Shown: piece by piece, positions 9,871-19,716 of the stretch
Position numbering within the stretch: the stretch's first letter is position 1
Layout: each line of letters starts with the position of its first letter
Assembly: GCA_015059425.1 (NCBI GenBank)
Contig: SVAM01000005.1
Coordinates: forward strand, 13,998 to 77,997
DNA: 64,000 nucleotides
Direction of reading: 5' to 3'
Source of the DNA: Bacillota bacterium
GTDB taxonomy: Bacteria; Bacillota_I; Bacilli_A; RF39; UBA660
Made by a program: the position numbers and the translations under genes
Notes under the pieces: generated by a model
Databases searched by the model: none
What the model was told of the DNA's origin: nothing
What the model saw: the letters and a program-made list of their open reading frames with translations, nothing else

Positions 9871-10800
9871 ATGACAAGATTTGTATCTCAAAAAACTTAT
9901 AAAATACATAGCAAGAGATTATATTTTAGTATATTAATAATTACTTTAATAATAATTATAAATAGTATACTTAAATATAGTTTAAAAAAAATTAACGATA
10001 ATAAAATTTTAAATTTATTGGCAAATAATTCATATGGTATTTCTTTAAATAAAAATAATAAAAATAGTTCAAAATATAATAACTTTTACAAAAATATTTA
10101 TGGAATAAATTTATATAGTGATACTAAAGTTACTGTAGAAAATAACAATATAAATGAATTAATAGTAAATACAAAGCCATTAATTTATTTATATAATACA
10201 TATCAAACTGATAAATACATAAATGAATATTATAGTTCGTATAGTATAAATCCAGTTATTACTCAAGCAAGTCTAATACTACATGAATATTTAAAAAAAT
10301 ATAATATAAATTCCGTAGTTGAAAAAAATAGTGTAGCTAAAATATTAAAAGAAAATAATATTGACTATTTTTCGAGTTACAAAGCATCCAGAATACTTAT
10401 GGAGCAAGCCAAAAAAGAAAATAATAGCTTAGAATACTTTTTTGATATAGGAATGTCTGATGATAATTATCTAAATACTACTGTGGAAATCAATAGTATA
10501 AAATATGCAAAAATATTATTTATTGTAGGAACAGATAATATAAATTACAAATTAAATCAAGATTTAGCAATCAAATTAAATGATGAATTATTAAGTATTA
10601 ATAAAGAATTAACAAGAGGGATTAGTTTAAGAGGTGGGCAAGGGTATCAAGGTGTTTATAATCAAGACTTTTCTTCAAATTCTTTATTGATATATGTTGG
10701 CGGCAAAGAAAATAAAATAGAAGAAGTAAATAGAAGTTTAATAGTTTTAGCAGAAGCTATAAAAAATTATATAAAAGGGGATTTATATGAAAAAGAATAA
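9871..10800 (+). CDS. spoIIP: Stage II sporulation protein P
   Basis: N-terminal TM segment. 'YFFDIGMSDD', 'ILFIVGTDN' and 'GVYNQDFSSNSLLIYVGG' match the SpoIIP 'YFIDIHRD...GVYNQDL...ILIEFGG' blocks. Lies downstream of gpr. Confidence 0.8.
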   Translation: MTRFVSQKTYKIHSKRLYFSILIITLIIIINSILKYSLKKINDNKILNLLANNSYGISLNKNNKNSSKYNNFYKNIYGINLYSDTKVTVENNNINELIVNTKPLIYLYNTYQTDKYINEYYSSYSINPVITQASLILHEYLKKYNINSVVEKNSVAKILKENNIDYFSSYKASRILMEQAKKENNSLEYFFDIGMSDDNYLNTTVEINSIKYAKILFIVGTDNINYKLNQDLAIKLNDELLSINKELTRGISLRGGQGYQGVYNQDFSSNSLLIYVGGKENKIEEVNRSLIVLAEAIKNYIKGDLYEKE

Positions 10801-11116
10801 TAAAAGTAAATATTTATTTAGAATATTACTAATATTTTTTATAGGTTTTAGTGGACTTTTAATTGCTTATGAAAGTGGATATTATGAAACTAAGGCTAGT
10901 AATAGAGCTACTTTAACTAAAGAAGCAATGATAAAGTTTGAAGAAGATTTAGCTAATAATGAATTAATAGATATAACTGATTATTTAAAAGATGAAGAAG
11001 TGGATTATTCAAATAAGGTAACTAAAATAGGGAATAAACTTAGCGAAGGTATAAGTGAAATTATGACTAATGGAATATCAGGTGTATTCAATACTTTAAA
11101 GGGATTATTTTGGTAA
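10787..11116 (+). CDS. Small membrane protein, hypothetical
   Basis: N-terminal TM segment and a Gly-rich amphipathic C-terminus. Its start overlaps the spoIIP stop. Confidence 0.4.
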   Translation: MKKNNKSKYLFRILLIFFIGFSGLLIAYESGYYETKASNRATLTKEAMIKFEEDLANNELIDITDYLKDEEVDYSNKVTKIGNKLSEGISEIMTNGISGVFNTLKGLFW

Positions 11117-11176
11117 TAAAAAGAAAAAGATAGTAATTTTCTAAATTTATAGTATAATTAAGTAAGAGGTGAGTTT

Positions 11177-12256
11177 ATGCGAATAGTTGTTAGCGCTGGG
11201 GGGACCGGTGGTCATATATATCCAGCTTTAGCGGTTATAGACAAACTTAAAAAAGAATATAAAGATTTAGAAGTACTTTATATAGGAACAAAAACTAGAA
11301 TGGAAAGTGAAATAATTCCTAAAAGAGGAATACCTTATGAAGGAATTGAAATATACGGATTAAGTAAAAATATATTTAAAGATATAAAGAATATATTTTT
11401 AATTAATAATAGTTATAAAAAATGTGTAAAAATATTAAAAGACTTTAAACCAGATATAGTAATGGGATTTGGAGGATATGTAACATTTCCTGTTATTTAT
11501 GCTGCAAAAAAATTAAATATTAAAACTTTTTTACATGAGCAAAATAGTATAGTCGGAAAAACAAATAAGTTTTTAGCTAAAGGTATAGATTTGGTTGCAG
11601 TATCATTTTTATCTACTATGGAAAAATTTAAAAATGCTAAAAAAGTAATTTATTCAGGTAATCCATGTGGTGAAAATGCAGTTAATACTAAAGAAATTAA
11701 AAAAGCTGATATAGGATTAGATAACAAAAAGAAGTTAGTTATAGTTGTAGCGGGTTCTTTAGGTAGTAAAACTATGAATGAAAAATTAAAAGAGTTTTTA
11801 AGACTTAGTAAAAAGAGTGATTATCAAGTTTTATATATTACTGGAAAAGCACATTATGAAGATTTTATTGAGGGTACTAGATTTGGTAATAATATCAAGG
11901 TTTTACCATATTTAGATAATTTATCTGGACTTATGCAAAATGCTGATTTAATAGTAACTAGAGCGGGGGCTAGCACCATGAGTGAAATTTTAGCTTTAAG
12001 TTTACCTGCAATATTTATACCAAGTCCATACGTAGCTAATAACCATCAATACTATAATGCTAAAGAAATAGTAGATAATAATGCGGGTCTATTAATAGAA
12101 GAAGAAAATTTAAATGGTAAAATTTTATTTGAAACAGTAAACGATTTATTAAATGATAAACAAAAATACGAAATTATGAAAATGAATTTAAAAAATCTTG
12201 GTAGAACAGATAGTAGTGAAGTAATAGTTTCTGAATTAAAGGAGCTAATAAAATGA
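11177..12256 (+). CDS. murG: UDP-GlcNAc:lipid I GlcNAc transferase MurG
   Basis: 'MRIVVSAGGTGGHIYPALAV' is the MurG N-terminus. C-terminal 'RAGASTMSEI' block is present. Confidence 0.9.
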   Translation: MRIVVSAGGTGGHIYPALAVIDKLKKEYKDLEVLYIGTKTRMESEIIPKRGIPYEGIEIYGLSKNIFKDIKNIFLINNSYKKCVKILKDFKPDIVMGFGGYVTFPVIYAAKKLNIKTFLHEQNSIVGKTNKFLAKGIDLVAVSFLSTMEKFKNAKKVIYSGNPCGENAVNTKEIKKADIGLDNKKKLVIVVAGSLGSKTMNEKLKEFLRLSKKSDYQVLYITGKAHYEDFIEGTRFGNNIKVLPYLDNLSGLMQNADLIVTRAGASTMSEILALSLPAIFIPSPYVANNHQYYNAKEIVDNNAGLLIEEENLNGKILFETVNDLLNDKQKYEIMKMNLKNLGRTDSSEVIVSELKELIK

Positions 12257-13131
12257 AAAGTATTAAGGGAATAAGTATAGAAGAAAATGTTTCCTTAAAA
12301 AATTTAAATACTTATAAAATTGAAAGTAAAGCTAAATATTTAATTAAAATATTAAGTATTGAAGGTTTAATTGAAACTTTAAAATATTTAAAAGATAATA
12401 ATCTTAAATATTTTATTTTAGGAGCAGGTTCAAATGTCATATTAGATGATTATTTTGATGGTGCAATAATAAAATTAGATGGCCTAAATTATGTTAACAT
12501 TAATGATTTAATAGTTACTTGTGGAAGTGGAGTAATGATGGGAAGGCTAGCAAGTACAACTGTTAATAATAATTTAACAGGATTAGAATGGGCTATAAAT
12601 ATTCCAGGAACTGTAGGTGGTAGTGTTAATGGAAATGCTGGTGCATATAATTCTGAAATATTTGACAATTTAATAAGTATTAAAGTTTTAACGAAATCTT
12701 TAGAAGTAAAAGAGATGAATAAAGAAGAATTTAAATATAGTTATAGACATACTAATATTAAAGAATTAGGGTTGATAGTATTAGAAGCTACATTTGAATT
12801 ATCTCAAGGAAACAAAGAAGAATCATTAGAAATAATTAAGAAAAGATATGAAAAAAGAAAAGTTAGTCAACCATTAGACATGCCTTCAGCGGGAAGTGTA
12901 TTTAGAAATCCAGAAGGTGATCATGCTGGAAGATTAATTGAAGACGCGGGATTAAAAGGTAAAAGAATAGGTGGGGCAGAAGTATCTTTAAAACATGCCA
13001 ACTTTATTGTCAATACTGGCAATGCTACTAGTAACGATATTAAAAATTTGATAAAATTAGTACAAGATACTATTAAAGAAAAGTATAATATTCAATTAAT
13101 ATTAGAACAAGAAATAATTGAGTGGAAGTGA
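12253..13131 (+). CDS. murB: UDP-N-acetylenolpyruvoylglucosamine reductase MurB
   Basis: FAD-binding N-terminal domain 'ILGAGSNVIL'. 'SAGSVFRNP' substrate block. Overlaps the murG stop. Confidence 0.85.
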   Translation: MKSIKGISIEENVSLKNLNTYKIESKAKYLIKILSIEGLIETLKYLKDNNLKYFILGAGSNVILDDYFDGAIIKLDGLNYVNINDLIVTCGSGVMMGRLASTTVNNNLTGLEWAINIPGTVGGSVNGNAGAYNSEIFDNLISIKVLTKSLEVKEMNKEEFKYSYRHTNIKELGLIVLEATFELSQGNKEESLEIIKKRYEKRKVSQPLDMPSAGSVFRNPEGDHAGRLIEDAGLKGKRIGGAEVSLKHANFIVNTGNATSNDIKNLIKLVQDTIKEKYNIQLILEQEIIEWK

Positions 13132-13906
13132 GACTTTGGCAAAAGTAAAAAGGGTAAAGAAAAGAAAACTTAATATAAAAGCTTTAATTATATTATTATT
13201 AATTATATATATAATAGTAATGTTTTTCTATACCATTTTTACTAGTCCAATAAAAAATATTTATATAAAAAATACTGCATTATTAAAAGATAATGAAATT
13301 ATAGAAGTAGCAGGTATAAAAAATTATCCATCATGGTTTAAAATTAATAATAAAAAATTAGAAAAGAAGATAAAATCTTTAGAGTTAGTTGAAAGTGTTA
13401 AAGTAAAAAAAACACTAACCGGTAAATTAATTATTAATATTAAAGAAGCTGTACCTTTATTTTATAATAGGAACACTGACAAGGTTGTATTAAGTAATAA
13501 TAAAGAAGTAGAAAATAATAAATATTTAGGTATTCCAACCTTAATAAATTATGTGCCAAATGATTTATTAACTAAATTTATAAATAAGTTTAGTCTAATA
13601 AATTCTGATATTATAAATATGATCAATGAAATTGAATATAATCCAGATATTCAAAAAAATGAAACAACTGGTGAATCTATAGTAATAGATTCTGAAAGGT
13701 TTTTACTAAGGATGAACGATACTAATATTGTTTATGTAAATATTATTAATATGGAAAGATTAAATGATTATAAAGAGATTTTTGCATCTATTGGTGATGA
13801 AAGAGGAGTATTATTATTAGATAGTTATGTTGAAGATAATGATTTATTAGGTATATTTTCAGCATTTGAAGATACAGGGGAAAGTGGTAGTAATGGAGAA
13901 AATTAA
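13118..13906 (+). CDS. ftsQ: Cell division protein FtsQ/DivIB
   Basis: Basic N-terminus followed by a TM segment, then a POTRA-like region 'IKNIYIKNTALLKDNEI'. Placed after murB as in the dcw cluster. Start uncertain (TTG at 13118 or 13136). Confidence 0.6.
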   Translation: MSGSETLAKVKRVKKRKLNIKALIILLLIIYIIVMFFYTIFTSPIKNIYIKNTALLKDNEIIEVAGIKNYPSWFKINNKKLEKKIKSLELVESVKVKKTLTGKLIINIKEAVPLFYNRNTDKVVLSNNKEVENNKYLGIPTLINYVPNDLLTKFINKFSLINSDIINMINEIEYNPDIQKNETTGESIVIDSERFLLRMNDTNIVYVNIINMERLNDYKEIFASIGDERGVLLLDSYVEDNDLLGIFSAFEDTGESGSNGEN

Positions 13907-14510
13907 TTATCAAAATAAATTACTTGAGATAGTTAAAGATTTTAATGATGAAAAACCAACAGTTTTGTTACATAGTTGTTGTGGCCCATGTTCTACACAA
14001 GTTATAGATTTTCTAAAAAGTTATTTTAATATTACTATATACTATTATAATCCTAATATAGAACCATATGAAGAATATTTAAAAAGAAAACAAGAACAAA
14101 TTAGATTTATAAATGAATATAATAATAAAAACTCAGATAAAATAAAATATATAGATTCCGATTATGATAATGAATCATTTGAAAATTTTATTAAAGGTTT
14201 AGAGAGAGAACCTGAAGGTGGAGCAAGATGTTCTAAATGTTTTTATTTAAGACTTAAAAATACCGCTTTAAAAGCTAAAGAATACGATTTTGATTATTTT
14301 GGAACAACTCTTACAGTTAGCCCACATAAAAATAGTCAAGTCATAAATAAAATAGGAGAATCTATTTCTAATGAATTAGATATAAAATTTATATATGGTG
14401 ATTTTAAGAAAAATGATGGCTATAAAAAAAGTATAGAATTTAGTAAAATATATAATTTGTATCGCCAAGATTATTGTGGCTGTATATATGGCAAAGACGC
14501 TTTAGAATAA
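13893..14510 (+). CDS. queH: Epoxyqueuosine reductase QueH (DUF208)
   Basis: 'LLHSCCGPCS', 'CSKCF' and 'YCGC' form the QueH Cys motif set. The likely start is the internal ATG at 13893. Confidence 0.75.
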   Translation: MEKINYQNKLLEIVKDFNDEKPTVLLHSCCGPCSTQVIDFLKSYFNITIYYYNPNIEPYEEYLKRKQEQIRFINEYNNKNSDKIKYIDSDYDNESFENFIKGLEREPEGGARCSKCFYLRLKNTALKAKEYDFDYFGTTLTVSPHKNSQVINKIGESISNELDIKFIYGDFKKNDGYKKSIEFSKIYNLYRQDYCGCIYGKDALE

Positions 14511-14546
14511 AAAAATTTGCAAAATTGAAATTGCAAATTTTTTAAA
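14506..14546. terminator. Bidirectional terminator between queH and the GspE-like gene
   Basis: Perfect 10-bp inverted repeat 'aaatttgcaa'/'ttgcaaattt' with an A-run before and a T-run after. Confidence 0.55.
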
Positions 14547-15747
14547 TCTCTAATTCTTCATCACTAGCTACATCAACAGTTTTAATAATTTCTTCAATTG
14601 AAGTTAAACCTTCAACAGCTTTAGATAAACCATCTTCAAACATAGTTGTTATATCTTCTTTTGAATTGTATACTAATTCTTTTAAATCTTTACGATTAAT
14701 GTTACTTGTTATAGCATCTCTAATTTTCTCATTAATTGTTAATATTTCATGTATGGCAGTTCTTCCTAAATATCCATTGTTACAATATTTACAACCGGTA
14801 GGAGTATAAACTTCATTAACTGTTATACCTAAGTGTTTTTTAATAAGTTTCTTCTCATACGGAGTTGTTGCTCTTGTACTACGGCATTTAGGGCATAATT
14901 TTTTAACTAATTTTTGGGATATAATGCCAGTTAAAGCAGAACCTAGTAAGTAACGTTCAACTTCCATATCAAGTAAACGTTCTATAGTAGTAAGTGAGTT
15001 ATTAGTATGAACAGTAGATAAAACTAGATGGCCTGTAATACTTGCACGTACTGCAATTCTAGCAGTTTCATTATCTCTTATTTCTCCAACCATTATAATA
15101 TCAGGATCTTGTCTTAAAATACTTCTTAAAGTGTGAGAAAAAGTTAAACCTATATCACTTAAAACTTGAACTTGATTTATATTTTCAATACGCATTTCAA
15201 CAGGATCTTCAACAGTTATAATATTTCTTTCTTTAGTATTTAGTATTTGAAGTAAAGCATATAAAGTTGTAGATTTACCTGTACCTGTAGCACCAGTAAC
15301 AAGTATTAAGCCGTTTGGATTTTTAATCATTTTATTAACTTTTTCTAAATTACTTTCGCTGAATCCTAAATTTTCTAAACCATTTAAACTCATAGAATAA
15401 TCAAGAATACGAATAACTATTTTTTCGCCATCTACAACCGGTAGTGATGATACACGAAGATCTAATGCTATATTATTAATACCACTTTTTATAGCGCCAT
15501 CTTGAGGAAGTCTAGTTTCAGTAATATTCATACCACTAATTATTTTAATTCTAGTAATCATATTCTTTTTTAATATATTAGGTATTTTAGCATAATCTCT
15601 TAATTCACCATCAATACGAATCCTAACCATTAAACATTCAGATGTTGGATCAAAATGGATATCTGAAGCTTTCTTTTTTATCGCATCAATTATTATTTCA
15701 TTAACTACTTCTACAATAGACTCACGTTCAAAATCAAATGTTCTCAT
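14542..15747 (-). CDS. Type II/IV secretion-system ATPase (GspE/PilB/ComGA family), orphan
   Basis: Walker A 'VTGATGTGKSTTLYALL'. 'GEIRD' Asp box. Tetracysteine 'CPKC...CKYC'. No pilC, pilM or prepilin peptidase genes nearby. Confidence 0.8.
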   Translation of the reverse strand: MRTFDFERESIVEVVNEIIIDAIKKKASDIHFDPTSECLMVRIRIDGELRDYAKIPNILKKNMITRIKIISGMNITETRLPQDGAIKSGINNIALDLRVSSLPVVDGEKIVIRILDYSMSLNGLENLGFSESNLEKVNKMIKNPNGLILVTGATGTGKSTTLYALLQILNTKERNIITVEDPVEMRIENINQVQVLSDIGLTFSHTLRSILRQDPDIIMVGEIRDNETARIAVRASITGHLVLSTVHTNNSLTTIERLLDMEVERYLLGSALTGIISQKLVKKLCPKCRSTRATTPYEKKLIKKHLGITVNEVYTPTGCKYCNNGYLGRTAIHEILTINEKIRDAITSNINRKDLKELVYNSKEDITTMFEDGLSKAVEGLTSIEEIIKTVDVASDEELEI

Positions 15748-15857
15748 ACAAGTAACCACCTATTCTAATATAATTATACAATAAGTTAGTGTTTAAAACA
15801 ATAAAATAATTTATTATAATTATGGGGTGTGATATAATATTTCATAAGGTGGTTTTA

Positions 15858-16586
15858 ATGGATAAGTTAACAATAACAAAAATAGATGTAGAATATAAAA
15901 ATGGATTATATTCAAGAATAGTATTAAAAAGAGGTAAGCAAGAATTAAATATAGATTTTAGTGGAGCACTAGATTTACATTTTGCTTTGAAAAATTGTAA
16001 AGAAAATAATACATTTATAATTGGTAAAGATAATTATGGGGTATGGTTATTATTTGACAAATTATATAATGAAGTAATGAGTGGTCAAGTATTTAATCCT
16101 ATAACAGATTTAGATATTAATATGTTAATAGATGAATGTGAACTTTTTGACGTGGATTACCATAATGCATTAAAAGAAAGATATGAACGATATGAAACTA
16201 TTAAAAAAGAGGATTTACAAAATGGAATTAGAACTGGCTTAATAGTTGATGATAAAATTATTTGGAGAGATGATGATTTTGATATTGATGTTGCTCCATA
16301 CTTAATGATAGAAAAAATAAATGATATTTATAAATTAACATTTGATGTACCAGAGTTTAAACGTGAACTAGATACTTTTGAAGAACATTTATTATGTAAT
16401 AAAGATACTATAAGTATAAGAATAAGAAATAGTGGCTCTAGATATTATTCTTTCAATTCTGTATTTATGAGATTATATCGTTCTTTAGTAGATTTAGCAA
16501 CAGATATACCTCAAATATCAATAGATGAATATTTAATTGATAAAGAATTAGAACGTGGTATGAAGTTAGAAAGAATACTTAAATAG
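15858..16586 (+). CDS. Hypothetical protein, paralog A of a tandem pair
   Basis: About 45% identical to the next gene by eye. Shared blocks 'MxKLT', 'LDLxFxL', 'FDKLYNxV', 'GLIVxxxIIWRxDD', 'APY', 'KRELD', 'IRIRNxGS', 'EYL' and 'LERxLK'. Start context 'ggtggttttaATGGAnAAGTTAAC' is duplicated. Confidence 0.6.
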   Translation: MDKLTITKIDVEYKNGLYSRIVLKRGKQELNIDFSGALDLHFALKNCKENNTFIIGKDNYGVWLLFDKLYNEVMSGQVFNPITDLDINMLIDECELFDVDYHNALKERYERYETIKKEDLQNGIRTGLIVDDKIIWRDDDFDIDVAPYLMIEKINDIYKLTFDVPEFKRELDTFEEHLLCNKDTISIRIRNSGSRYYSFNSVFMRLYRSLVDLATDIPQISIDEYLIDKELERGMKLERILK

Positions 16587-16606
16587 CATTTATAAGGGTG
16601 GTTTTA

Positions 16607-17356
16607 ATGGAGAAGTTAACAGTAGAAAAATGGATAGATGATAATAGTAATTGTGGTGTTGGTAGTATTAAATTCTCTAGAGGTGATATAAAAATATTAG
16701 AACTTATTTTTGGAGGTAATTTAGATTTATATTTTCATTTAATTAATTATGAAGAACCAAGTTTTATTCCATCTTTTTTAATTTCTAAAGATGATTATAA
16801 TATATATGTAGTTTTTGATAAACTATATAATGATGTTTTAAATGCAAATATTGCTTCTGAAATGAACATAGAAGAGTCTTTACTTCAAATTATGAGCGAG
16901 TTTACTGATACTAATTATGAAGAAGAGCTTCAAAAGAGAAAAAATGAGAAAGTTTTATTTAAAGCTCATAATTTAGCTATGGCTTATAAAAAAGGGTTAA
17001 TAGTGGGTAATACTATAATTTGGAGAAGTGATGATTATCCTCATGATATTGCACCTTATTTTGTAATAAAAAAATTAGATGATGCTTATTTAATTGATTT
17101 TAAGCTACCAGATATTAGTTTAGTTAAAAGAGAGCTTGATAGTTATGAAAAGTCACTTATTAATGATTATAAATATGGAGAAGTAAGTGTTAGAATTCGT
17201 AATGATGGGTCTAGTTATGCACCATTTAATTGTTGTTTTATGAATGCATTTAATACTTTAATGGAAATGGATGAAGTGGATATAAATCAAATCCATATTG
17301 AAGAATATTTATATAGTAAAGATAATAAGATGATATTAGAAAGAACACTTAAGTAA
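16607..17356 (+). CDS. Hypothetical protein, paralog B of a tandem pair
   Basis: See paralog A. Same length and the same conserved blocks. Confidence 0.6.
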   Translation: MEKLTVEKWIDDNSNCGVGSIKFSRGDIKILELIFGGNLDLYFHLINYEEPSFIPSFLISKDDYNIYVVFDKLYNDVLNANIASEMNIEESLLQIMSEFTDTNYEEELQKRKNEKVLFKAHNLAMAYKKGLIVGNTIIWRSDDYPHDIAPYFVIKKLDDAYLIDFKLPDISLVKRELDSYEKSLINDYKYGEVSVRIRNDGSSYAPFNCCFMNAFNTLMEMDEVDINQIHIEEYLYSKDNKMILERTLK

Positions 17357-17412
17357 AATTAAGTGTTTTTTATTTTTAAGTATGTTATACTAGTTTAAAA
17401 GAAGTGATTGTT

Positions 17413-18624
17413 ATGTATCAAAATATAAAAATAGAAAAATTAGACCATTTTGGTTATGGTATATCTTTTATAGATAATAAAATTGTTTTTATTAAAGATG
17501 CTATTCCCGGTGATATAGTAGATATTAAAATAATTAACGAAAAGAAAAAATATAGTGAAGCTATAGTTACTAAATATATTAAAAAAAGTAGTGATAGAAT
17601 AGAAAGTGTGTGTCCATATTTTAATCTATGTGGTGGATGTAATTTACTTTATTATAACTATGAAAAAAGTATTGAATTTAAACTTAATAAAGTAAAAGAG
17701 TTATTAGAAAAAAATAAAATTAAATATAATAATGAAATAGAAGTTATTAAAAATGAAAATAGTTTTAATTACCGTAATAAAGTTACTTTAAAAATAATAG
17801 ATGGTAAGATTGGTTATTATGAAGATAGTACTCATAAATTAGTAGAAATTAATGAGTGTAAAGTTACAAATAACGAAATAAACAAAGTAATAAAAAATTA
17901 TAAACTATTAAATTTAGAAAATGCTAGTTTAACTATTAGATGTAATTATAATAATGAAATACTTTTAATAATTAATTCGAGTGAAGATAATTATGATATA
18001 GAAATTTCAAAATTAAAAGAAATGATTAAATTAGTCGGTATTATATATAACAATAAAACAATATATGGCGATAATTTCTTTTATGAACGTATTGGTGGTT
18101 ATTTATTTAAAGTATCATATAATTCATTTTTTCAAGTTAATCCTTACATATGTGAAAAATTATTTAATTTAATAAAGGATAATATTGATGAAGATAGGAC
18201 AGTTTTAGATTTATATAGTGGGGTAGGTACATTAGGTATCGTTGCAAGTTCTAAAGCTTGTGAAGTAATAAGTGTTGAAATTATTAAGAATGCTGTAGTT
18301 AATGGAATATTTAATGCTAAATTAAATAAAAAAAATAACATTAAATTTTTGTTAGGTGATGTTTCTAAAATAGTAGAAAAAATAAATATATGTTTTGATA
18401 CTTTAATAATAGACCCACCTAGAAGTGGACTTGATAAAAACACGATTAAGTTTATTAAAGAAAAAATACCTTCAAAATTAATTTATGTTTCTTGTGATGC
18501 GAATACATTAATGAGAGATTTAAAATTATTAGAAGATTTATATGAAATTAAAACCTATAAGATTCTTGATATGTTTAGTTATAGTTATCATTTAGAAAGT
18601 TTTTGTGTTCTTGTTAGAAAGTAA
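17413..18624 (+). CDS. rlmD: 23S rRNA (uracil-C5)-methyltransferase RlmD/RumA family
   Basis: TRAM-like N-terminus. Fe-S Cys cluster 'CPYFNLCGGC'. SAM motif 'DLYSGVGTLG'. 'IIDPPRSG'. Catalytic 'YVSCD'. Confidence 0.8.
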   Translation: MYQNIKIEKLDHFGYGISFIDNKIVFIKDAIPGDIVDIKIINEKKKYSEAIVTKYIKKSSDRIESVCPYFNLCGGCNLLYYNYEKSIEFKLNKVKELLEKNKIKYNNEIEVIKNENSFNYRNKVTLKIIDGKIGYYEDSTHKLVEINECKVTNNEINKVIKNYKLLNLENASLTIRCNYNNEILLIINSSEDNYDIEISKLKEMIKLVGIIYNNKTIYGDNFFYERIGGYLFKVSYNSFFQVNPYICEKLFNLIKDNIDEDRTVLDLYSGVGTLGIVASSKACEVISVEIIKNAVVNGIFNAKLNKKNNIKFLLGDVSKIVEKINICFDTLIIDPPRSGLDKNTIKFIKEKIPSKLIYVSCDANTLMRDLKLLEDLYEIKTYKILDMFSYSYHLESFCVLVRK

Positions 18625-19659
18625 TGGTGATTTGTTTGCAAAAAAATTATTGGCGAATAAGTTATAAAAATATTGGTATTTATGAAGCACTAAAAAAGGA
18701 GATTTGGAATAAATGTGAAGAACCAGAAAAAGAATGGAATTATTTAAAAAACTCTAATGCTTTTAAATGGTTAAAAACTCCCAATATTTATTCAAATAAT
18801 TATTTTTCATATTTTACTGAATATGGTTATAATTTATTTATGGAAAATACTTTTCCTAAGATAATTAAATATCTTGATAAATCAAATATTGATATTAATA
18901 AATATATTCTAGATGATTTAAAAATAAATATTATATATAAAGATGAACATCAAATAGTTGTTGAAAATAATGATAAAGATGTAATTAATGCGTTTGAATA
19001 TAAAGAAATGGCTAAATATTATGATTTATTTTATAGTAATAAGTCCTATCAAAAAGAAGTTGATTTTTTAGCTCAAATAATTGGTAATAGAAAAAGTATT
19101 TTAGATGTTGGATGTGGTACTGGTATTCATATGTCTATTTTAGAAAATATTGGTTATAACTGTGATGGAATAGATTTAAATAAAGAAATGCTTGATATTG
19201 CCAAAAATAGAGTAAAAGGTAATTTATATTGTAGTAATCTAATTAATTTTAATTTAAATAAAAAATATATCAATGTTTGCAGTTTTCAATCATTTAAATA
19301 ATTATCAAGAATTAGAAAAAGGCATTATAAATTTATATAATCATCTAAATGAAGATGGAATATTGATTATAGATTTACATAATGGAAGAAGTAGTGGCGA
19401 AAAAGAAAATACATATGATAATTATAAAAGAATAATGAAATGGAATTTTGATATAAACACTTTTAAAGAGACTACTGAAATAATTTATGTTATTGATGGA
19501 ATTGAATATATAGATAAACATGTATTTAAAATATATGAAATTTCTAAGCTTAAAGAAATGTTAAATAAATTAAATATGAAATACAAACTATTTGAAAATT
19601 ATACTTTGAATGAAGCTACTGATGAAAGCAAGAATATTCAAATAGTAGTATATAAATAG
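18624..19659 (+). pseudogene. SAM-dependent methyltransferase split by a frameshift (18624..19301 continuing as 19273..19659)
   Basis: Motif I 'ILDVGCGTGIH' lies in the first frame. The post-I strand 'FAVFNHL' and 'LNEDGILIID' continue in the +1 frame. The junction is at or just after the A6 run at 19260..19265. Confidence 0.55.
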
Positions 19660-19716
19660 ATTGAATTATAATGTATATGTAACAGAACTATGTTATAATA
19701 TCAAAAGGAGGGTATT

